From NCBI GenBank assembly GCA_947504605.1, contig CANNJE010000013.1:1-32000 (forward strand): a stretch of DNA of 32,000 bases, given 5' to 3'. The notes below the pieces were generated by a model. That model was not told the DNA's origin and did no database searches. It saw only the letters and a list, made by a program, of their open reading frames with translations. The position numbers and the translations under genes are program-made. This document shows positions 1 through 9,163 of this stretch, piece by piece; the stretch's first letter is position 1; the number at the start of each line of letters is the position of its first letter. The DNA comes from Chitinophagaceae bacterium. GTDB lineage: Bacteria; Bacteroidota; Bacteroidia; Chitinophagales; Chitinophagaceae.

Positions 1-96
1 CATAAATTAATTTAAATTGAAGTGATGTATGAATTATTAGAGACATGCTATTTACCAAATAAACTGGAAACAGTATGTATTGGCACTAAAGTTAAG

Positions 97-954
97 TTAT
101 TTAAGAATTTTTAAATACTCCCCATACCCACTTTTTTTCAACTCCTCAGCAAGCATTTCAAGTTGCGCTTTCGAGATAAATCCCATTCTCCACGCAATTT
201 CCTCAGGACATCCAATTTTTAGCCCTTGCCTTTTTTCTATTACCCTCACATATTCACTTGCATCGCTCAAAGAATCGAATGTACCCGTATCAAGCCATGC
301 AAATCCCCTATCAAGAACAGCTACCTGCAAGTTTTTATTTTCCAGATAAACTTTGTTTACATCTGTTATTTCATATTCTCCTCTAGGGCTTGGTTTCAAT
401 TCCCTGGCTATTTTTACCACACTATTGTCATAAAAATATAAGCCTGGGACCGCATAATTACTTTTGGGTTGAACCGGCTTTTCCTCCAAACTCAATGCTT
501 TGAAATCAACATCAAACTCTACCACCCCATATCTTTCAGGATCACTTACAGGGTATGCAAAAATGACTGCTCCTTTCGGGTTAGCTGCCTCTTGCAATAA
601 TTTACTAAAGCCGCTGCCATAAAATATATTATCTCCCAAAACAAGTGCTACACTATCATTGCCTATAAACTCTTCGCCAATCACAAAAGCCTGTGCTAAT
701 CCATTGGGAACTTCCTGCTTAGCATATTGAATATTACAGCCCCATTTACTACCATCTCCGAGCAATCGCATAAACTGCGCTTGGTCATCAGGAGTTGTAA
801 TAATCAAAATATCTTTTATTCCTGCAAGCATTAAAGTGCTCAATGGATAATAGATCATGGGCTTGTCATAAATAGGCATTAATTGTTTACTAATACCCAT
901 TGTAATGGGATACAACCTGGTGCCGGAGCCGCCTGCAAGAATTATTCCTTTCAT
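97..954 (-). CDS. rfbA: Glucose-1-phosphate thymidylyltransferase (RmlA/RfbA)
   Basis: 285 aa. The N-terminal [18 protein letters not shown] nucleotidyltransferase signature and full-length resemblance to RmlA ([24 protein letters not shown]). ATG at 954-952, and only 3 nt separate it from the upstream rmlB stop. Confidence 0.95.
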   Translation of the reverse strand: MKGIILAGGSGTRLYPITMGISKQLMPIYDKPMIYYPLSTLMLAGIKDILIITTPDDQAQFMRLLGDGSKWGCNIQYAKQEVPNGLAQAFVIGEEFIGNDSVALVLGDNIFYGSGFSKLLQEAANPKGAVIFAYPVSDPERYGVVEFDVDFKALSLEEKPVQPKSNYAVPGLYFYDNSVVKIARELKPSPRGEYEITDVNKVYLENKNLQVAVLDRGFAWLDTGTFDSLSDASEYVRVIEKRQGLKIGCPEEIAWRMGFISKAQLEMLAEELKKSGYGEYLKILK

Positions 955-957
955 TTT

Positions 958-2010
958 TTATCTTTTATGATATTGATCTTCGTAATATGCTGCATAATTT
1001 CCACTCACCACATTATTTAACCATTCCGGATTGTTTAAATACCAGTCAATCGTTTTAGATAACCCTTCTTCAAATTGTAATGAAGGCATCCAGCCTAATT
1101 CTTCTTTTAATTTGGTAGCATCTATCGCATACCTCATATCATGTCCTGCACGATCTGTTACATAAGTAATCAATTTTTCGGATGTACCGGCTGGTTTTCC
1201 CAATTTGGCATCCATTTGCCTGCATAATTCCTTTATCAGGTCAATATTGGTCCATTCGTTATGTCCGCCAATATTGTAGGTTTCTCCAATTATACCTTTA
1301 TGATAAATAAGGTCAATTGCACCTGCATGGTCTTCAACGAACAACCAATCTCTAATATTTTCACCTTTACCATAGATAGGTAATGGTTTGTTGTTGATAA
1401 TATTATTAATGCTCAGCGGTATTAATTTTTCAGGAAAATGGTAAGGCCCATAATTATTACTACAGTTGGATATTTTTATTGGCAAACCATAAGTATGGTA
1501 AAACGCCCTTACAAAATGATCTGACGACGCTTTGGAAGCCGAGTAAGGGCTGCGGGGGTCATAAGCGGTATTTTCATAAAAGAACCCTGTTTCACCCAAT
1601 GAGCCATATACCTCATCGGTTGAAATATGATAAAAGAGTTTATTTGTAAAATCTCCCTTCCAGCTTTCTTTTGCAGCCAGCAAAAGTGTTGAAGTTCCCA
1701 TAACATTAGTTCTTACAAAAGCCAGCGGGTCTGTTATAGAACGGTCCACATGACTTTCGGCAGCACAATGCAAAACGCCTGTAAACTGATGCTCTGCAAA
1801 CAACTGCTGAACCAACGCCATATCTGTAATATCGCCTTTTACAAATGTATAATTAGGCGCATCCTCAATGTCCTTCAGATTACTTAAGTTACCCGCATAC
1901 GTAAGCGCATCAAGATTAACAATTTTATACTGAGGATATTTAGTTACAAATAACCTTGTGAGATGAGATCCGATGAAGCCGGCTCCGCCGGTAATGAGAA
2001 TTGTTTGCAT
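958..2010 (-). CDS. rfbB: dTDP-glucose 4,6-dehydratase (RmlB/RfbB)
   Basis: 350 aa. Rossmann motif ITGGAGFIGSH, catalytic STDEVYG and YSASKASSD (YxxxK), typical RmlB length. Confidence 0.95.
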   Translation of the reverse strand: MQTILITGGAGFIGSHLTRLFVTKYPQYKIVNLDALTYAGNLSNLKDIEDAPNYTFVKGDITDMALVQQLFAEHQFTGVLHCAAESHVDRSITDPLAFVRTNVMGTSTLLLAAKESWKGDFTNKLFYHISTDEVYGSLGETGFFYENTAYDPRSPYSASKASSDHFVRAFYHTYGLPIKISNCSNNYGPYHFPEKLIPLSINNIINNKPLPIYGKGENIRDWLFVEDHAGAIDLIYHKGIIGETYNIGGHNEWTNIDLIKELCRQMDAKLGKPAGTSEKLITYVTDRAGHDMRYAIDATKLKEELGWMPSLQFEEGLSKTIDWYLNNPEWLNNVVSGNYAAYYEDQYHKR

Positions 2011-2035
2011 AAAATAATTATAACTGCGAAATTAA

Positions 2036-2043
2036 CAAAAATA
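2036..2043 (-). promoter_or_regulatory. Candidate Bacteroidota -7 promoter box (TATTTTTG on the minus strand) upstream of rmlB
   Basis: Plus-strand CAAAAATA is TAnnTTTG on the minus strand, about 26 nt upstream of the rmlB ATG at 2010. I saw no clear -33 element. Confidence 0.35.
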
Positions 2044-2337
2044 ATAATGCGGCATTAGAAGCCCCATAGACCAATATTAGTTAAATTTTAATACCCTCGA
2101 ACAAAATGTCATAAAAGTAAAGAAGGGTAAGCCTCATAGATTAAAATAGGTTATTCAGGGGAAACATCTAATTATTATTACTTTTTTCAGACAACAATAG
2201 TTTAATATCTTTAGCGCTAATATTTTTTAATTGTATATAATTTCTTCTTCATAAAAACTTATATGCAAAACAAACTTCCATAAAACCCTAATTTTAAATC
2301 CGGTAAAAGAAAATAAGATTTTTAGAAATGATATTAT

Positions 2338-3681
2338 ATGGATGATTTAAACGACTTGATATCCGATACAGACTTTTTCTTGTTTTTTATTTATGCATTA
2401 ATTGGATATTTTCTTATTCGATATGTAATATTTAAAAATAGAGATAAGCGCTTTTACTTAATGGTAAAAATATTTTTTGGTCTAAAATTAATTTCTGCTA
2501 TTGTAATGAGTCTGCTCACGGTTTATTATTGGAAAATAGGGGATGCCATTTCCTATTTTAATGAAAGCCAGAACCTGATTCAATTATTTAAAAAGGATAT
2601 TTCAAATATTAAGTACCTATTCATCCCAGTGGAGTATTATAGTAGCCAGCTAAGTTTAGACAATGACTTAATTAGAACCGTAAACGGTGCAGGCCAGGAA
2701 TCCAGTTTTCTCATTTCTAAATTGTGTGCAATATTTTATCCATTTGCTCTGGGGAAATATTTATTGGTAAATTTTTTATTTTGTTTTATGTCTATCGTGG
2801 GACAATTAAAATTTTATACCGTACTTGTCAAAAGATACCCTCATTTAAAAAAAGTGATTGCAATTTCTATTCTTTTTATGCCCACTCTTTTACTTTACTC
2901 TTCTACAATATATAAAGAAACCCTTTGCTATTCCTGTATTGGGTTTATATTTTATAATTTTCATCAGATTATGCATAAAAGAAATGCGGTTTGGAATACT
3001 TTCTTTCTAATTTTAAATGCTTTCTTAATATTGACAGTAAAATTTTATGTTATTGTTGCATTTCTAATTTCTATCTTTCTTCTTTTATTTTTTCAATTTG
3101 TAGGAATAATGTTTAGGCATTCTTTAATTACAAAGTCCTTCGTTATTATTTTATTAATGTGTTTATCAACACTCTTTATTTATAATATTGATTTCTTTAA
3201 CCCCTATGTTTTATCATTTGTAGACACGTCCAATAATTTTCAGCAATATTATAATAATGATTTTGGAGAAACCTCATCTTTTGAAATAGGAGAAATAGAA
3301 TTATCGGCGGTAGGTTTACTCAAAAAAATGCCCATTGGTTTTTATAGTACTTATTTCAGGCCCCATATCTGGGAAGTAAAGAAACCAATTGTTTTGTTTA
3401 GCGCACTTGAATCATTTTTTATTCTGGCATTTACCTTATGGACCCTAACAAAGAAGGGTATATACCTCTTTCAGCTCATAAAAAAAGACCTCTTTGCTCG
3501 CTTATCATTGTATTATGTTATTATTTTAGGAATAATTATAGGGCTAAATACTTTTAATTTTGGAACTCTTATCAGATATAAGGTTCCTGTAGTTCCCTTT
3601 GCTTGGTTATTTGTATTTATATTATATTATTATACCCCTACTATTAAAATAGAAAAAAAGTCTGATCGGGGCTTTCCCTAA
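2338..3681 (+). CDS. Polytopic (~12 TM) membrane protein. Candidate Wzy-type polymerase or GT-C-like transferase; family not recognised.
   Basis: 447 aa, very hydrophobic, with long loops at about aa 65-122 and 285-350. ATG start. Paralogous by eye to the 16213-17481 product (see findings). Sits inside the polysaccharide locus on the opposite strand. Confidence 0.55.
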   Translation: MDDLNDLISDTDFFLFFIYALIGYFLIRYVIFKNRDKRFYLMVKIFFGLKLISAIVMSLLTVYYWKIGDAISYFNESQNLIQLFKKDISNIKYLFIPVEYYSSQLSLDNDLIRTVNGAGQESSFLISKLCAIFYPFALGKYLLVNFLFCFMSIVGQLKFYTVLVKRYPHLKKVIAISILFMPTLLLYSSTIYKETLCYSCIGFIFYNFHQIMHKRNAVWNTFFLILNAFLILTVKFYVIVAFLISIFLLLFFQFVGIMFRHSLITKSFVIILLMCLSTLFIYNIDFFNPYVLSFVDTSNNFQQYYNNDFGETSSFEIGEIELSAVGLLKKMPIGFYSTYFRPHIWEVKKPIVLFSALESFFILAFTLWTLTKKGIYLFQLIKKDLFARLSLYYVIILGIIIGLNTFNFGTLIRYKVPVVPFAWLFVFILYYYTPTIKIEKKSDRGFP

Positions 3682-3699
3682 TGTTATATAAAAATCTGA

Positions 3700-5007
3700 T
3701 TATTTTTTTATGAATTTGTCGATACAATCTACGATATAATCAAAGTGATTATTTTCTAATCCCGGCCATACCCCCAGCCAAAAAGAACGATTCATCACTG
3801 TATCTGTATTTTGTAAAGTGCCAATTACTTTGTGATCAATATTACTATAAGCAGGTTGTTTTAAAAGGTTACCTCCAAATAGTAACCTTGTGCCGATTTT
3901 ATTTTCTTCCAGATATTGGACGAGTTTGTTACGATCAAGCGAACTACTATCTCTTATTGTAATAAGGTATCCAAACCAGCTGGGGTTACTTAATGGTGTA
4001 GCTTCCGGCAATATAAAATGCTCGCTGAATTGTTGCAAACGTTCGGCAAGCGCTTTGTGATTTTCTCTTCTTCTTTCAATAAAATGGTCTGCTTTTTTTA
4101 ATTGGCTGACACCAATAGCCGCCTGCATATCTGTAGCCTTTAAATTAAACCCAATATGAGAGTAAATATATTTGTGATCATACCCACAAGGAAGATTCCC
4201 TAGGCACCAGTCAAATCTTTTACGGCATGTATTATCTACTCCAGGGTCACAGTAGCAATCTCTACCCCAATCTCTAAAACTAAGTGTTAGCATTCGTAAA
4301 TCACGATTGTTTACCAATACGGCACCTCCCTCCCCCATTGTAATATGATGAGCAGGATAAAAAGAAAGGGTTGCAAGATCGCCAAAAGTACCTGTTTTTT
4401 TGCCATCATAAGTTGCACCAAGAGAATCGCAATCATCTTCGATTACCCACAAATTATACTTAGCTGCAAGACGCATTACTTCAGATAAATTAAAAGGATT
4501 ACCCAAAGTATGAGCCAGCATGATGGCTTTTGTTTTAGATGTTATCGCTTCTTCTATTAATTCTGCCCTTATGTTATAAGTCGGAATATCTATATCTATA
4601 AAAACAGGAATACAACCGTATTGAATAATAGGATTAACTGTAGTTGGAAATCCTGCTGCTACTGTAATTACCTCATCCCCTGGCTTAATTTGTCTGTCTC
4701 CTAATTTTGGAGATGTTAATGAATAGAAAGCCAAAAGATTGGCAGAAGATCCTGAATTAACTAAAAAAGATGCTTTTGATCCAAAATATTTAGCTAATTC
4801 TTTCTCAAATTGTTCAGCATATCTACCTGCAGTGAGCCAACCATCAAGACTGGCATCAACACTATGCAAAATATCCATTTCATCTAAAACCTTTCCTGTA
4901 ACAGGTATATAATTTACCCCAGGTTCTATTTTTCGGCTTTTGTTTGCACTTGCAACCTCAAATAATTTTTGATATAAATCTTCATTAAGGTTTTTAAATT
5001 CAGTCAT
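3700..5007 (-). CDS. rfbH: CDP-6-deoxy-L-threo-D-glycero-4-hexulose-3-dehydrase (E1, RfbH/DdhC), a PMP- and [2Fe-2S]-dependent DegT-family enzyme
   Basis: 435 aa DegT/DnrJ/EryC1 fold. [13 protein letters not shown] carries His where aminotransferases have the Schiff-base Lys. I counted an exact C-X57-C-X1-C-X7-C spacing (DDC...[13 protein letters not shown]), which matches the unusual cluster motif known for Yersinia E1. Confidence 0.88.
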   Translation of the reverse strand: MTEFKNLNEDLYQKLFEVASANKSRKIEPGVNYIPVTGKVLDEMDILHSVDASLDGWLTAGRYAEQFEKELAKYFGSKASFLVNSGSSANLLAFYSLTSPKLGDRQIKPGDEVITVAAGFPTTVNPIIQYGCIPVFIDIDIPTYNIRAELIEEAITSKTKAIMLAHTLGNPFNLSEVMRLAAKYNLWVIEDDCDSLGATYDGKKTGTFGDLATLSFYPAHHITMGEGGAVLVNNRDLRMLTLSFRDWGRDCYCDPGVDNTCRKRFDWCLGNLPCGYDHKYIYSHIGFNLKATDMQAAIGVSQLKKADHFIERRRENHKALAERLQQFSEHFILPEATPLSNPSWFGYLITIRDSSSLDRNKLVQYLEENKIGTRLLFGGNLLKQPAYSNIDHKVIGTLQNTDTVMNRSFWLGVWPGLENNHFDYIVDCIDKFIKK

Positions 5008-5171
5008 TTATTAAATTGTTTTTTCTTTGTACAATGATGCTAAAAAATAATTTGAAGCAGGAATAAAATCTTTGTTTTTAATTAATGATATGCCTTTACA
5101 ATATTAATGATTTATGGAGTAGAGGAATATTATTTTCTTTCTTTTAAAAAAATTAAAGTAATCAACTAAGG

Positions 5172-6155
5172 TTATCTTATTTTAATATTTCGGTTTATTA
5201 GTGCATTTATCCACTTTACCCTATATACTTTATATATAAAGGTTACTACAAAATTAGGTATCAGTAATATTGGAATATCTATTACCCAGAAGGACCAATA
5301 ACCTCTAAAATTATTTATTAATTCTTTCAAGAGTTTCATTTTAACTTTGAGCCCAAGTCTTTTTGCAGATAATATTTTATATTTTAACGTCTCATGAATT
5401 AATTTCAATAGTTTCTGGCGGATATTAAATTCTAAATATTGGCTTGAAGCTGTTTTAACAATTGTATATAAATTACTAATAATTTTTACCGAAACACCAC
5501 CAGCATTGAACTCTCTGTCTGTTGAGTCGCCCATATTAGTTACCAAAGCTTGGGCTATAATTAAAGTGTCGTTGTTATTTACATAATCTATAATTACAGC
5601 AAATTGAAGAAAACATGTACCGTAGTACTTTGTTGAATTAACACTTTTAAAATATTCTTTATTATGAATTATAGAAGACAAAAAATTACCTGCAGTATTA
5701 GTATGCTCTAAAAACTGGCTAATTCCCTTTGCTACAATATCATGATTTATTGGTATAAATTTTTCTACAATTTCTTTTTGCAGTTTTATATCATACAAAG
5801 AATAATTTACAAAAACACATGCATAGGTATCGTTGCTTAATTTAGTCAACACTTCGGTAATACTATTTTCTTTCAAAACATCATCATCTCCCACAATCCA
5901 TACATATTCCGATTCAGACCTATCTACACATAATTGAAAATTTCTGTCTCCCCCAAGATTTGAATCATTATTAAATAAAATAATTTGGGATAGGAAAGGT
6001 TGTAGAATTTCAACAGTATTGTCTGTTGAATAATTGTTACATACAATTACATCTACCTCATTTTTGGGGAAAGGCTGCCCCAGTATGCTATCTAAAGTTC
6101 TCTTTATAGTTCTAGCTCCATTGTAAGTTGGAATAGCTATTGTCAATTTTTTCAA
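5172..6155 (-). CDS. Family 2 glycosyltransferase with a C-terminal membrane anchor
   Basis: 327 aa. LTIAIPTYNGARTIKRTLDSILGQ and a VGDDD (DxD) motif, plus a hydrophobic C-terminal segment (WSFWVIDIPILLIPNFVVTFIY). The start codon is TTG (plus-strand caa at 6153-6155). No in-frame ATG lies close enough to preserve the GT2 N-terminus. Confidence 0.8.
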   Translation of the reverse strand: MKKLTIAIPTYNGARTIKRTLDSILGQPFPKNEVDVIVCNNYSTDNTVEILQPFLSQIILFNNDSNLGGDRNFQLCVDRSESEYVWIVGDDDVLKENSITEVLTKLSNDTYACVFVNYSLYDIKLQKEIVEKFIPINHDIVAKGISQFLEHTNTAGNFLSSIIHNKEYFKSVNSTKYYGTCFLQFAVIIDYVNNNDTLIIAQALVTNMGDSTDREFNAGGVSVKIISNLYTIVKTASSQYLEFNIRQKLLKLIHETLKYKILSAKRLGLKVKMKLLKELINNFRGYWSFWVIDIPILLIPNFVVTFIYKVYRVKWINALINRNIKIR

Positions 6156-6214
6156 AAATGTATATTATAATGATTACTTAACTTTTTTCAATCAACATAA
6201 AAGATCATTGCTTA

Positions 6215-7126
6215 TTATATTTGAGGTCTTTTCGAGCTTGTTTTCTCAATTTTAACTATTCTTGCAAGTGCACTTTCGATATTATACTGTGGAGCCCAAC
6301 CTAATGCAGATAATTTAGATATATCTGCACTGGAATCAGGTGTTTCTCCTTCTCTGTTTTGCAAAGCTCCAAAATCGAGTCGGGTATTTGATTGTATAAC
6401 TTTAGCAACTCTTTCTACAAATTCCCTTACACTTATTGAAATTCCAGTTCCCACCTCATATTCGGAAAAATAATTTTCAGGTGTAAGGTCGCTTTCCAAT
6501 ACTTTTATAAAAGCTTCTACAACATCTAACACATATATAAAGTCTCTTTTTTGCTCTCCAGATGTAAAAAGTATGTTCTCCCTATTATGTAGCAATTCCT
6601 TAATAAGCATAGATACAAATTTACCTTCAGAATCATATTCTCCATAAGGATGTTCTAAACGTAAACTATCTATTTGAATTTGGGTGCTATATTCTATTAA
6701 AAAATCTTTGAATATTTTTTTCGAATCGGTATAATTTTTTAAATAAGAACCATATTGTGGGTATTTATATAAAAATGTATCTGTATTTATAAATTTTTTT
6801 AGCCCATTCCTTAATCCTGCTTCTATTAGCTTAATAGGGAAAATTACATTACCCAAAATGATTGATGACAACTGGGTTGTTCTTCCATATTCTGTTGCTG
6901 CATGAATAATGGTATCAATATTGTTTTCTCTAAATACATCATCAAACTCAATAGTTGTATCAACTATTATCTTGGAAGTGAAATTATCTTTCAAATGTGC
7001 AATTCTCCAGATATCTGAAGTAGGCCTTAAAAGAATAACAACCTTATAATTTTTTTCTATTAACCTATTCAGTATTTGGCTGCCAATAAATCCAGTTGCA
7101 CCTGTAAGCAGGATATTTTTAGCCAT
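6215..7126 (-). CDS. NAD(P)-dependent SDR epimerase/reductase. Candidate CDP-3,6-dideoxyhexose synthase (Prt/Abe-like 4-ketoreductase).
   Basis: 303 aa. LTGATGFIGSQ Rossmann motif and YTDSK (YxxxK). Its ATG overlaps the rfbG stop by 8 nt (ATGGCTAA), implying translational coupling with the CDP-hexose genes. The specific product is inferred from context only. Confidence 0.6.
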   Translation of the reverse strand: MAKNILLTGATGFIGSQILNRLIEKNYKVVILLRPTSDIWRIAHLKDNFTSKIIVDTTIEFDDVFRENNIDTIIHAATEYGRTTQLSSIILGNVIFPIKLIEAGLRNGLKKFINTDTFLYKYPQYGSYLKNYTDSKKIFKDFLIEYSTQIQIDSLRLEHPYGEYDSEGKFVSMLIKELLHNRENILFTSGEQKRDFIYVLDVVEAFIKVLESDLTPENYFSEYEVGTGISISVREFVERVAKVIQSNTRLDFGALQNREGETPDSSADISKLSALGWAPQYNIESALARIVKIEKTSSKRPQI

Positions 7127-8198
7127 TTGAAAATTTTATTATTTGTTCTTCTGTATATGCAACAATCATACTCGGTGAATTATGAAATATTTTATACCAG
7201 TCTATTGTTTGCTCAACCGATTCAACAGCGTTCATATTGGGTTTCCAATTCATTTCTGCTATCACTTTGCTAATATCAAGTTTTAACAACCCTGCTTCAT
7301 GCGGTTGATTTTTATCTTCAACAATTTCATAATTACCACTTCCCCAAGCATTGATTGCAAGTTGAACCATTTCAAATACCGGAAGTGTATTGTCGCTATT
7401 TGGTCCAAAATTATATGCCTGCGAAAAATCTATTGGCTGCTGCTCAAGTTTTAAACCCAATAGCAAATATCCAAACAATGGTTCTAAAACATGTTGCCAT
7501 GGTCGTACAGACATAGGATTCCTAATGAGAATTGTTTCATCTTTCGCCAGTGCCCTCACAATATCTGGTATTAACCTATCTTTTGCCCAATCGCCACCTC
7601 CAATAACATTTCCTGCACGGGCAACTGCGATCGCTTTTTTATGATTGGAATAATGAATTGAATTAAAAAAAGAATTTCTATAAGAATCTATCACCAACTC
7701 TGCACATGCTTTGCTAGCACTATAAGGATCGTATCCTCCTAGCCTGTCATTTTCCCTGTAGGGATAAACCCATTCATGATTATGATATACCTTATCTGTT
7801 GTAATCAATATGATCTGACATTGTTTATCCAGCAATCTAACTGCATCCAGCAAATTAGCTGTTCCTATTGCATTTACTTCAAAGGTTTCCGAAGGGCTTT
7901 CATATGATAATCTAACGAGTGGCTGAGCGGCAAGATGAAAAATAAAATCGGGCGCAAAATCAATTACTGCTTTTTTTAGTGCATTTCTGTCTCTCAAATC
8001 TGCAATTACAGAATCGCACATTGAATCGCCCTTCAATAGATGATACAAATCAAATTCATTTTCAGGGGCAAGCGCAAATCCTTTTACGTTAGCCCCAAGC
8101 ATTGATAATATTTTCAGCAACCACGCACCTTTAAATCCTGTGTGACCAGTTAGAAAGATTTTTTTATCGGAATATGTACTTTTTAATTTTTGCAACAT
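7119..8198 (-). CDS. rfbG: CDP-glucose 4,6-dehydratase (RfbG/DdhB)
   Basis: FLTGHTGFKGAWL N-terminus, YSASKACAE (YxxxK), and length typical of RfbG. The track ORF extends to 8237, but that overlaps rfbF by 37 nt. The ATG at 8198 gives MLQKLKSTYSDKKIFLTGH, the usual distance to the Rossmann motif, and lies 2 nt after the rfbF stop. The ATG at 8216 is an alternative. Confidence 0.88.
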   Translation of the reverse strand: MLQKLKSTYSDKKIFLTGHTGFKGAWLLKILSMLGANVKGFALAPENEFDLYHLLKGDSMCDSVIADLRDRNALKKAVIDFAPDFIFHLAAQPLVRLSYESPSETFEVNAIGTANLLDAVRLLDKQCQIILITTDKVYHNHEWVYPYRENDRLGGYDPYSASKACAELVIDSYRNSFFNSIHYSNHKKAIAVARAGNVIGGGDWAKDRLIPDIVRALAKDETILIRNPMSVRPWQHVLEPLFGYLLLGLKLEQQPIDFSQAYNFGPNSDNTLPVFEMVQLAINAWGSGNYEIVEDKNQPHEAGLLKLDISKVIAEMNWKPNMNAVESVEQTIDWYKIFHNSPSMIVAYTEEQIIKFSNG

Positions 8199-8200
8199 AA

Positions 8201-8971
8201 TTACCAAATTTTCCATGGAGCTTTCCCAGCAACCCACATTTCATGTAAATCCATTTTGTCTTTTAAAGTATCCATCGGCCTCCAGAAACCATTATGCTTA
8301 AATGCCTTCATTTGACCATCCGTTGCTATACGCTCCATTGGTTCTTTTTCCCAAATTGTAGCATCCCCTTCAATATAATCAAAAACAGAAGGTTCACAAA
8401 CAAAATAGCCTCCATTTATCCATGCGCCATCCCCTTTTGGTTTTTCAAAAAATGATTGAACACTACTATTCTCATCTATCGAAAGTAGTCCAAAACGACC
8501 AGAAGGCTGAACTGAAGTAACTGTACATGCCTTTCCATTGGCTTTATGAAATTCGAACAAAGATTTAATATCAATATTACCTACTCCATCACCGTAGGTA
8601 AGCATAAACGTTTCGTTATTTATATGATTTTTAATTCTTTTTATTCTACCACCTGTCATAGAATCATCACCTGTATCAACAAGGGTTATTTTCCATGGTT
8701 CTGCCTGAGTATCATGAACCTCTATTGCATTTGTTTTTAGGTCTATTGTTAAATCAGACTTATGTAGAAAATAATTTGCAAAGTACTCTTTTACTATATA
8801 GCCTTTATACCCCAAGCATATGACAAAATCATTAAACCCATGAGCGCTATACGTTTTCATGATATGCCAAAGAATGGGCATTCCTCCAATTTCTACCATC
8901 GGCTTTGGCTTAAGAACTGTTTCTTCAGATAAACGGGTTCCAAGCCCCCCTGCCAATATTACTACTTTCAT
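8201..8971 (-). CDS. rfbF: Glucose-1-phosphate cytidylyltransferase (RfbF/DdhA)
   Basis: 256 aa. MKVVILAGGLGTRLSEETVLKPKPMVEIGGMPILWHIMK is almost identical in pattern to enterobacterial RfbF. Also GYKGY..KEYFANYFLH, MTGGR and KGDGAWINGG. Confidence 0.93.
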   Translation of the reverse strand: MKVVILAGGLGTRLSEETVLKPKPMVEIGGMPILWHIMKTYSAHGFNDFVICLGYKGYIVKEYFANYFLHKSDLTIDLKTNAIEVHDTQAEPWKITLVDTGDDSMTGGRIKRIKNHINNETFMLTYGDGVGNIDIKSLFEFHKANGKACTVTSVQPSGRFGLLSIDENSSVQSFFEKPKGDGAWINGGYFVCEPSVFDYIEGDATIWEKEPMERIATDGQMKAFKHNGFWRPMDTLKDKMDLHEMWVAGKAPWKIW

Positions 8972-8980
8972 TCTTATATA

Positions 8981-9068
8981 TTAAATATTTTGTTCGAACT
9001 AAATTTGACGAAATCTATTGCCCATAGAAGGGCAAAAATAGTAAATAAAAAATTTTAAATATTTTGTT
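8981..9068. repeat. Two perfect copies of the 14-mer TTAAATATTTTGTT in the rfbF upstream gap
   Basis: Copies at 8981-8994 (10 nt upstream of the rfbF ATG) and 9055-9068, read directly from the sequence. Confidence 0.6.
9033..9040 (-). promoter_or_regulatory. Candidate -7 promoter box (TATTTTTG on the minus strand) upstream of rfbF
   Basis: Plus-strand CAAAAATA about 62 nt upstream of the rfbF ATG at 8971, inside a 192-bp non-coding gap. Confidence 0.35.
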
Positions 9069-9163
9069 TAACGAAATAAAACCCTACCAGGTAAAGAAAC
9101 TTTTTATTGCACAACGCATTGGTTGGCAAATACGAAAATATGTAATAAATAGGCTATCAAAAT

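Noticed and set aside
80-441. Two plus-strand ORFs (89 and 71 aa) overlapping rmlA
   Set aside because: One starts with TTG, both are low complexity, and both lie entirely antisense to a near-certain rmlA gene.
8199-8237. N-terminal extension of rfbG (MGCWESSMENLVI...) given by the ORF track
   Set aside because: It would overlap rfbF by 37 nt and add residues absent from RfbG homologs. The internal ATG at 8198 fits the family N-terminus.
9018-9035. Hairpin TTGCCC-ATAGAA-GGGCAA downstream of the GT-B gene, considered as a terminator
   Set aside because: The stem is only 6 bp, and on the minus (transcribed) strand it is not followed by a T-run. It also overlaps the candidate -7 box.
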